From contig CALJDK010000041.1 of the NCBI GenBank assembly GCA_938023735.1, positions 53 through 64,052 of the forward strand: DNA of 64,000 bases, read 5' to 3'. This stretch comes from an uncultured Acidimicrobiales bacterium. Lineage in GTDB: Bacteria; Actinomycetota; Acidimicrobiia; Acidimicrobiales; SHLQ01. Both the position numbers and the translations under genes were made by a program. The notes below the pieces were generated by a model that was not told the DNA's origin, did no database searches, and worked only from the letters and a program-made list of their open reading frames with translations. This document shows, piece after piece, positions 35,630 through 42,148 of the stretch (the first letter of the stretch is position 1; the number at the start of each line of letters is the position of its first letter).

Positions 35630-37939
35630 ATGCTGTACACACTTGGGGAAATTCTTATCCCCCTAATCCTTGCAGCCCTAGGCGGCCTCGGCCTCGGCTG
35701 GTTGCTCTGGCGCTGGCGCCACAGCCATGTCAACGGGTCCGACTGGGACTCGGTCCAGGCCCGGGCAGGCGACTACGACCGGGTCAACAGCGACTACCAG
35801 ACGCTTCACAAGCAATCCGCTGGTCTCAACGACGAGAAGCGGGCGCTCGAGGGCCGAGTTTCCTCACTTACCGGGGACCTCAACGGCGCCAACGCACGAA
35901 TCGGCGAGCTCGAAGGTGAAGTCAAGACCGAGCGCACGAAGGCATCGGCGCTTTCGGGCGACCTCGATGGCCTTCGGGCAACGGTCAGCACCAACGAAGG
36001 ACAGCTTCTGTCGATGCGAGGTGACCTCGACGGTTCCCAGGCCCGTATCGGCGAGCTTGAAGGCGAACTGCAAGGTGCAAACGCCCGGGCAAACTCGCTG
36101 CAGAGCGATGTCGAAGGCGCCAATGCCCGAGCAACGTCGCTGCAAGGCGACCTTGAGGGAGCAAATGCCCGAGCGGCAGCGCTTGAGGGTGACCTCAACG
36201 GCGCAAACGCCCGGGTATCGGCACTCGAGGGCGACCTTGACGGCGCTAACACCCGCCTTGCCGCACTGCAGGGCGACGTCGACGGAGCAAACGCCCGAGC
36301 CAAAGCCCTCGAAGGTGAACTCGAAGGCGCCAACGCCAGAGTCTCCGCACTCGAAGGCGAGTTGGGTACGGCCAACGGACGAATCAGCGCACTCGAAGGT
36401 GATGTTGTTTCAATGACCGCACGCACCACCGAGCTCGAAGGTGAGCTTGGCGGTGCCAACAACCAGCTCATGGGATTCGCATCGCTTCAGGGCGACTTCG
36501 ATGGTGCCAACGCCAGGGCATCGGCACTCGAAGGCGACCTCGCCGGAGCCAACGCGCGGATCAGCGCCCTCGAAGGCGACCTCGCCGGGGCCAATGCACG
36601 GGCGTCGGCACTCGAGGGTGACCTTGCTGGAGCTAACGGGCGTGTCGCTGACCTCGAAGGCGAACTTGCTGGCGCCAACGCCAAGGCATCTTCACTCGAA
36701 GGCGACCTCGCCGGAATGAGTTCGCTACAAGGCGACCTCGACGGAGCCAACGCCAAAGCGTCGGCACTTGAGGGTGACCTGGCTGGAGCCAACGGCCGAA
36801 TCGGTGAACTTGAAGGCCAACTGGCTGGAATGGCATCGCTGCAAGGCGACCTCGACGGAGCCAACGCCAAAGCGTCGGCACTCGAAAGCGAACTAGCCGG
36901 CGCCAACGGCCGAGTGGCCGACCTCGAAGGCGAACTCGCTGGCGCCAATGGTCGAGTCGGCGAACTTGAAGGCCAACTTGGCGAACTCGGCCAACTCCGA
37001 GGAGACCTCGACGGAGCCAACGCCAAAGCGTCGGCACTCGAGGGTGACCTGGCTGGAGCCAACAAACGGGTCGGCGAACTCGAAGGCCAGCTCGCTGAAC
37101 TCGCCAAGCTCCGAAGCGAGCTCGACGGAGCCAACAAACGAGTTGGAGCCCTCGAAGGCGACCTCAATGGTGCGAAGGCCAAAACGACAGCGCTTCAAGG
37201 CGACTTCACCAACGCCAACAGTCGGGCAACTGCGCTTCAACGAGATCTCGATGCGTGTGCAAAACGCACCACCTCGCTTTCGGGCGACATCGAAAAGCGC
37301 AACGCCAAGATTGCCGAACTCGAAGCCAAGCTCGCCGCAGCAAAGGCAAAACCTGCCCCGAAGCCTGCGGCAAAGCCAAAGAAGAGCACGCTTGAAGTCA
37401 TTACCAAGGACAAGGCACCATCAAAGTCCGAACGTGATGACCTTCAGCTCATCAACGGCATCGGCCCACAGATGGAAGAAATGCTTCACGGTGAAGGCAT
37501 CTACTTCTTCCGTCAACTCGCAGCACTCGACAAAGCCGGCGTGAACGAGCTCAACGAGCTCCTTCCCGGATTCCCTGGCCGCATCGAACGCGACGAATGG
37601 GTACCGCAAGCCCGAGGCTACCGAGACGGCAAAACACCAGCTGCCAAGGCAAAGCCTCCTGCGAAGCCGAAGAAGACGAGCACCCTCACCAAGATCAGCA
37701 AAGATAAGGCACCATCAAAGTCCGAACGCGACGACCTCAAAGAGATCAGCGGCGTCGGACCACAGATGGAGAAGCTGCTCAACGGTGAAGGCATCTACTT
37801 CTTCCGCCAGGTTGCCGCACTCGACAAAGCCGGCGTCAAGGAGCTCAACGATCTGCTCCCCGACTTCCCCGGCCGCATCGAACGCGACAACTGGGTACCG
37901 CAAGCCAAGCAGCTCCAGAAAGCAAAGTACGGAAGCTAG
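35630..37939 (+). CDS. TM-anchored repeat coiled-coil protein (about 35 x 14-aa units) with two C-terminal helix-hairpin-helix modules
   Basis: The N-terminal helix ILIPLILAALGGLGLGWLLW is followed by RWRH. Residues 82-565 are tandem units with consensus GDL.GANAR.SALE. A Lys/Pro-rich linker follows, then two modules of about 72 aa (KDKAPSKSERDDL..I.G.GPQME..L.GEGIYFFRQ.AALDKAGV.ELN.LLP.FPGRIERD.WVPQA). A terminator lies downstream. Confidence 0.85.
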   Translation: MLYTLGEILIPLILAALGGLGLGWLLWRWRHSHVNGSDWDSVQARAGDYDRVNSDYQTLHKQSAGLNDEKRALEGRVSSLTGDLNGANARIGELEGEVKTERTKASALSGDLDGLRATVSTNEGQLLSMRGDLDGSQARIGELEGELQGANARANSLQSDVEGANARATSLQGDLEGANARAAALEGDLNGANARVSALEGDLDGANTRLAALQGDVDGANARAKALEGELEGANARVSALEGELGTANGRISALEGDVVSMTARTTELEGELGGANNQLMGFASLQGDFDGANARASALEGDLAGANARISALEGDLAGANARASALEGDLAGANGRVADLEGELAGANAKASSLEGDLAGMSSLQGDLDGANAKASALEGDLAGANGRIGELEGQLAGMASLQGDLDGANAKASALESELAGANGRVADLEGELAGANGRVGELEGQLGELGQLRGDLDGANAKASALEGDLAGANKRVGELEGQLAELAKLRSELDGANKRVGALEGDLNGAKAKTTALQGDFTNANSRATALQRDLDACAKRTTSLSGDIEKRNAKIAELEAKLAAAKAKPAPKPAAKPKKSTLEVITKDKAPSKSERDDLQLINGIGPQMEEMLHGEGIYFFRQLAALDKAGVNELNELLPGFPGRIERDEWVPQARGYRDGKTPAAKAKPPAKPKKTSTLTKISKDKAPSKSERDDLKEISGVGPQMEKLLNGEGIYFFRQVAALDKAGVKELNDLLPDFPGRIERDNWVPQAKQLQKAKYGS
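35873..37324 (+). repeat. 42-bp (14-codon) tandem repeat array, about 35 units including four 30-bp short units
   Basis: Units counted on the translation. Three exact 35-bp copies of gacctcgacggagccaacgccaaagcgtcggcact start at 36734, 36848 and 37004. All six frames are largely stop-free here, which generates several spurious ORFs. Confidence 0.9.
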
Positions 37940-37986
37940 CTACTACCGCTAGCCAGCAAAGCTAGTCAGTACAGACAATCAAGATG

Positions 37987-38025
37987 GTGCGGTCCTCCTG
38001 TTCGGGAGGGCCGCACTTTCGTTTT
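37987..38025 (+). terminator. intrinsic terminator after the repeat-protein gene
   Basis: 12-bp stem GTGCGGTCCTCC / GGAGGGCCGCAC with one G-U pair and a 6-nt loop, followed by TTTCGTTTT. Confidence 0.7.
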
Positions 38026-38048
38026 CTGGCGCCGATCGCCCTATACCT

Positions 38049-38783
38049 GTGGACATGGATCACGCACTGCCTCACTCGGGACATCAGGAGATAGGTCTTC
38101 TCGACGGACTGGCCACCACTCGCGCCATTCGCCGGTACACCGACGCCGAGGTCACCGACGAGCAACTCAACCAAGTTTTGTTTGCCGCTTCGAGGGCGCC
38201 GTCGGGATCAAACCGGCAGTTGTTTCGCTTCATCGTGCTTCGCGATGACGATGCTTCGAAGCCGGCGAGGGAACTTCTTGCGCAGGGAGCACGAAAGATC
38301 TGGGGAGCCAAGAAGACCGCCGACAAGTACGACCGAACAAGCTCCACCGAGAGCGGTGCGCTCTCGCCCAAGGCGCGCATGGCAGCCACGATGGAGCACT
38401 ACGTCGACAACTTCGCCGCCGCGCCAGTAATCATCCTGCCGTGCCTCATCCGTCATCGCGATCCCACGCCTACCGAGGGCGCTTCGGTCTACCCAGCGGT
38501 TCAGAATCTTCTGCTGGCGGCCCGAGCCATCGGCCTCGGCGGCGCGCTCACCAGCATGCACCTTCCCGTCGAGGCCGAGCTTCGCGAGCTTCTCGGAATC
38601 CCCGACGAGGTCTTGCTTGCCGCCACGATGACCCTCGGTCAGCCACAGGGCAGCCATGGCCCGGTGCGCCGCCAACCTTTGAGCCACTTTGTCTTCGAGT
38701 CGACGTGGGGCGCCCAACCCGCCTGGGTCGAAGACCCACCGGGGACCACCTTCACCCAAGCCGGCCCGCCAACCACCAACTAG
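38049..38783 (+). CDS. nitroreductase family protein
   Basis: The N-terminus LLDGLATTRAIRRYTDAEVTDEQLNQVLFAASRAPSGSNRQ.FRFIVL is the canonical nitroreductase signature. Confidence 0.85.
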   Translation: MDMDHALPHSGHQEIGLLDGLATTRAIRRYTDAEVTDEQLNQVLFAASRAPSGSNRQLFRFIVLRDDDASKPARELLAQGARKIWGAKKTADKYDRTSSTESGALSPKARMAATMEHYVDNFAAAPVIILPCLIRHRDPTPTEGASVYPAVQNLLLAARAIGLGGALTSMHLPVEAELRELLGIPDEVLLAATMTLGQPQGSHGPVRRQPLSHFVFESTWGAQPAWVEDPPGTTFTQAGPPTTN

Positions 38784-38837
38784 GTCGGAAACAGCGCGAC
38801 GGGTGTCGGGTCGATCGCACGTCGTACAATCGGCTTT

Positions 38838-40016
38838 GTGAGCACGAACGCCGAAGATGCCGTCGCCGTTGAAGCGCCCATCAGCGCGCCCGCGCACAAG
38901 CCCCTCAACATTGGGCCGCTCGAGGTCTGGCCACCGGTGGTGCTTGCGCCGATGGCGGGCGTCACCGACGTACCGTTTCGCACGTTGTGTCGAGGATTCG
39001 GCGCAGGCATCTACGTGAACCAGATGCTCACGGCACGAGCCATCTGCGAGCGTCACGCCCGCACCCTCAAGCTCGCCGAATTCGCCGCCGACGAGTCACC
39101 GCGGAGTGTGCAGCTCTACGGTGTCGACCCGTACTGGACCGCCGAGGCCACCAAGTGGTTGGTGAACGAACATGGCGTCGACCACATCGATATGAACTTT
39201 GGTTGTCCGGTCAAGAAGGTCACCAAATGTGGCGGCGGCGGAGCGTTGCCGGTCAAACGCAATCACCTCCGAGCCATCATCGCCGCCACCGTGAAGGCCG
39301 CCGGCGATATTCCCGTCACCATCAAATTTCGCATGGGTGTCGACGACGACAACCTCACCTATCTCGATGCCGGAAAGATCGGCGAAGAAGAGGGCGTGAA
39401 GGCGGTTGCGCTTCATGCCCGCACAGTCGAGCAGCTTTACTCTGGCTATGCCGACCGCTCGGCAATCGCCGCGCTGGCCGAACATGTCACCACTATCCCG
39501 GTGCTTGGCAACGGCGATATCTGGGAAGCCCACGACGCGGTCGAGATGATGGCCGAAACCGGCTGTGACGGCGTGGTCATCGGTAGAGGCTGCCTTGGTC
39601 GGCCCTGGTTGTTTCGTGATCTGGTCGACATTTTCGAAGGCCGCCCGGTGCAGCCACCACCCACGATGGCCGACGTTGTGCCGGTCATTCGCCGGCATGC
39701 ACACCTATTGGTCGAGTGGACCGAGTCTGAGTTGTCGCTCCGATCGTTTCGCAAACATGCGGTCTGGTACCTCACCGGTTTTCCGGTCGGACCAAAGATC
39801 CGCCGGCGCCTGAATATGGTGACGTCGCTCGACGAACTCGATGACGTACTGGGCGATATCGACCCCAGCCTGCAGCTTCCGCTCGAGGCAATGCGGATAC
39901 CTCGGAGCCATACCGGTGGACCCAAACCGGTCACGTTGCCCGAAGGTTGGCTCGACGACCCGTATGGTCCGGCGGTCATGGGCAAAGAGGCCGAAGCGAT
40001 CGTGTCGGGTGGGTAA
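38838..40016 (+). CDS. dus: tRNA-dihydrouridine synthase
   Basis: VVLAPMAGVTDVPFR.LC......Y.EM, QL.G.DP, IDMNFGCPV.KV...G.GALP and ITIK.R.G are Dus hallmarks. GTG start. Confidence 0.9.
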   Translation: MSTNAEDAVAVEAPISAPAHKPLNIGPLEVWPPVVLAPMAGVTDVPFRTLCRGFGAGIYVNQMLTARAICERHARTLKLAEFAADESPRSVQLYGVDPYWTAEATKWLVNEHGVDHIDMNFGCPVKKVTKCGGGGALPVKRNHLRAIIAATVKAAGDIPVTIKFRMGVDDDNLTYLDAGKIGEEEGVKAVALHARTVEQLYSGYADRSAIAALAEHVTTIPVLGNGDIWEAHDAVEMMAETGCDGVVIGRGCLGRPWLFRDLVDIFEGRPVQPPPTMADVVPVIRRHAHLLVEWTESELSLRSFRKHAVWYLTGFPVGPKIRRRLNMVTSLDELDDVLGDIDPSLQLPLEAMRIPRSHTGGPKPVTLPEGWLDDPYGPAVMGKEAEAIVSGG

Positions 40017-40785
40017 CCAGTCAACCTCTTTGGTTCTCGCATCAAGCTCACCAAGACGCCAGCAACTCCTCACCGACGCCGGCATCGATTTCGAAGTACT
40101 CATCCCCGATGTCGACGAACAAGCAATCGGCCAGGACATCCTCGACGCTGGCGGAACCCCAACCGACTACGTCACCGCCCTCGCCGAAGCCAAAGTCGTA
40201 TCGACATCCATCAATTTGAACAAGGTGTCTGGGACTAGAGCGGACAGTCATTCGAGAGAGTCTGCCGTCCGCTCTATTCCTGGAACTGGCTCATCGGGCG
40301 AAGCCCGATCCGGGCAGTTCCCTGGAACCGTGCTTTGTTTGGCGGCTGACACGGTGGTGGTGCACCGAGGGAAGATCTTGGGGAAGCCTTCGAACCGCAA
40401 CGATGCGCGGGCGACGTTGCTGAGCATGTCGGGCGGGTCGGTGGATGTACTGACCGCGGTTGCCCTGTTCGATGGTGGGGCTGGGGACGGCGGCGCTACC
40501 GAGGTGCGGGTCGTAACCACCACGCTCAAAGTGCGGCCGCTCTCCCCCGCCGAGGTCCACGGCTACGTCGCTACCGGCGCTGCCGACGACAAAGCCGGCA
40601 GCCTGGCGGTGCAGGATGACGCCCGCGACTTCATCGTCAACATCGATGGCTGTTTCAGCAATGTCGTTGGTCTACCAATGTGCGAGGTCGCCGACGTGAT
40701 TCGGCGGGCCGAAACAGGCGACCTCAGTCGCCGAGAGCCTGAACCTCATCAGGCGCCGGAATGTCTTTGCCCGACAATGTCGTAA
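40009..40785 (+). CDS. maf: Maf-like nucleoside triphosphate pyrophosphatase carrying a 40-aa insertion
   Basis: LVLASSSPRRQQLL...G..FEV...DVDE, AADTVVV..G.ILGKP, DKAG and VVGLP are Maf motifs. The start is GTG 40009 or TTG 40030. The longest ORF (39841) overlaps dus. Confidence 0.8.
   Translation: MGNQSTSLVLASSSPRRQQLLTDAGIDFEVLIPDVDEQAIGQDILDAGGTPTDYVTALAEAKVVSTSINLNKVSGTRADSHSRESAVRSIPGTGSSGEARSGQFPGTVLCLAADTVVVHRGKILGKPSNRNDARATLLSMSGGSVDVLTAVALFDGGAGDGGATEVRVVTTTLKVRPLSPAEVHGYVATGAADDKAGSLAVQDDARDFIVNIDGCFSNVVGLPMCEVADVIRRAETGDLSRREPEPHQAPECLCPTMS
40232..40280. repeat. palindromic element copy B: GGACTAGAGCGG-N25-CCGCTCTATTCC, inside maf coding sequence
   Basis: The arms are at 40232-40243 and 40269-40280 with one mismatch, and the spacer is 25 nt as in copy A. 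It is followed by a second hairpin (ATCGGGC-GAA-GCCCGAT, 40293-40309) that sits between 8-bp direct repeats CCTGGAAC at 40279 and 40321. Confidence 0.5.
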
Positions 40786-42148
40786 GGACCTCGTCGGTCA
40801 CTTCCTGACTGTTTTCGAGCATGGCCGACAGGTTCACTGCCTGACGGGCAACCGCAGCCTCGAACAGGTTGCGCGCCGCCCGGCCATTTCCGAATCCCTT
40901 GCCGCGGTCGGCCGCAGCAAAGAACGCGGAAACCGCCTCGCGAGCCGAGTCGTCGATCTGGAAGTGGTTCTTGGTAGCGATGATCTCAAAGATCTTGAGC
41001 AGTTCATCGTCTTCGTAATCGGGAAACGAAATCGTCTTCGGGAACCGAGATTTCAGGCCCGGGTTCGCGTCGATGAGCTGGGCCATCTCGTCGGGGTACC
41101 CGGCCATGATTACCACGACGCTGTCGCGGCGATCCTCGACCAACTTCACCACCGTATCGATGGCCTCACGGCCGAAATCCTTCTCGCCACCGCGCACCAG
41201 CGAATAGGCCTCATCGATTATGAGCACGCCCTGGTCGGCCCGGTCGAAGGTCTCGTTGACCTTCGTCGCGGTCTGGCCAACAAACCCGGCGACCAAACCG
41301 GAGCGGTCGGTCTCGACAAGATGGCCCCGCTCGACAACACCAAGAGTCCGGTAGATCTGCGCCAGTAGTCTGGCAACGGTGGTCTTGCCCGTGCCCGGGT
41401 TCCCCACAAACACCAAGTGACGGCTCGATTCGGTGACTTCAAGGCCTCGCTCTTCGCGTACCTGCTGGACGCGCAGCAGCGCTGCAACAAGCTTTACTTC
41501 TTCTTTGACCTCGTCGAGCCCAATGAGCTCATCGAGCTCGGCCAGGAGCTCATCGATGGGACGCTCGGGCGGAAGGTCGATGGTGGGGTCGATGCCCTGT
41601 TCGGCATCGCCGACCGCGCCCATGGCTGATTGTGCATTGCCGCTGACCCCGCCCGATTTGATGGAGCGAAGCAGCATTGACCGGAACTGTTCGACAGCAC
41701 TGAGTTCGAGTCGAGATGTGTACTCGTCGAGGCTGATAACCGTATGGGCCACCCGCATGGCGTGCTCGTAGTAGACGCTGGAGTACTGCGAGCCCCGCTT
41801 CGCATCGACGCGCACCAGGGTTCGAAACAGACCCGATGGCTCATCGAGCCACGCCTTCTTTTTGTCGAGCAGCTTTGCCTCACGCACGTCGGCTGCGGTG
41901 AGGTCGGCCGGCATGAGATCGGGGAGATAGCGCCCAAGGGCTTCCATGAACCCGAGAATCTCAAGTTCGGAGTGCCGGTCATCGCAATCGATGAAGGCGG
42001 CGGAAAGGTTGTGGGCCTCGATGATGAGCTTGTGTCGCAACTCGTCGCCCGAGACAGCAAACACCTCGTCGCGCAAGGGTTCGATGGTGTTGCCAACCCG
42101 ATCGAGAAACTCATCGACGGCATCAGCAAGCCCAGTTTCGTTGTTCAT
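40724..42148 (-). CDS. CbbX/SpoVK-type AAA+ ATPase with uncharacterised N-terminal domain
   Basis: Walker A GNPGTGKTTVARLLA, VGQTA.K, Walker B GVLIIDEAYSL, then VIMAGYPDEM and GNGRAARNLFE. The start overlaps the stop of the upstream oxidoreductase by 4 nt. Confidence 0.85.
   Translation of the reverse strand: MNNETGLADAVDEFLDRVGNTIEPLRDEVFAVSGDELRHKLIIEAHNLSAAFIDCDDRHSELEILGFMEALGRYLPDLMPADLTAADVREAKLLDKKKAWLDEPSGLFRTLVRVDAKRGSQYSSVYYEHAMRVAHTVISLDEYTSRLELSAVEQFRSMLLRSIKSGGVSGNAQSAMGAVGDAEQGIDPTIDLPPERPIDELLAELDELIGLDEVKEEVKLVAALLRVQQVREERGLEVTESSRHLVFVGNPGTGKTTVARLLAQIYRTLGVVERGHLVETDRSGLVAGFVGQTATKVNETFDRADQGVLIIDEAYSLVRGGEKDFGREAIDTVVKLVEDRRDSVVVIMAGYPDEMAQLIDANPGLKSRFPKTISFPDYEDDELLKIFEIIATKNHFQIDDSAREAVSAFFAAADRGKGFGNGRAARNLFEAAVARQAVNLSAMLENSQEVTDEVLTTLSGKDIPAPDEVQALGD

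Noticed and set aside
35727-37240. Multiple long ORFs in other frames and on the other strand across the 42-bp repeat array
   Set aside because: They are repeat-generated open frames. Only the 35630-37939 frame is continuous with a TM start, the conserved C-terminal modules and a terminator.
25820-37324. Possible CRISPR arrays at the 15-bp, 14-bp (30266-30321) and 42-bp repeat regions
   Set aside because: The repeats are contiguous with no unique spacers. Two of the three lie in-frame inside coding sequences, and no cas genes are present.
39841-40008. Upstream part of the 314-aa maf ORF
   Set aside because: It overlaps the dus 3' end in another frame. Maf homology starts at LVLASSSPRR, immediately after the dus stop.
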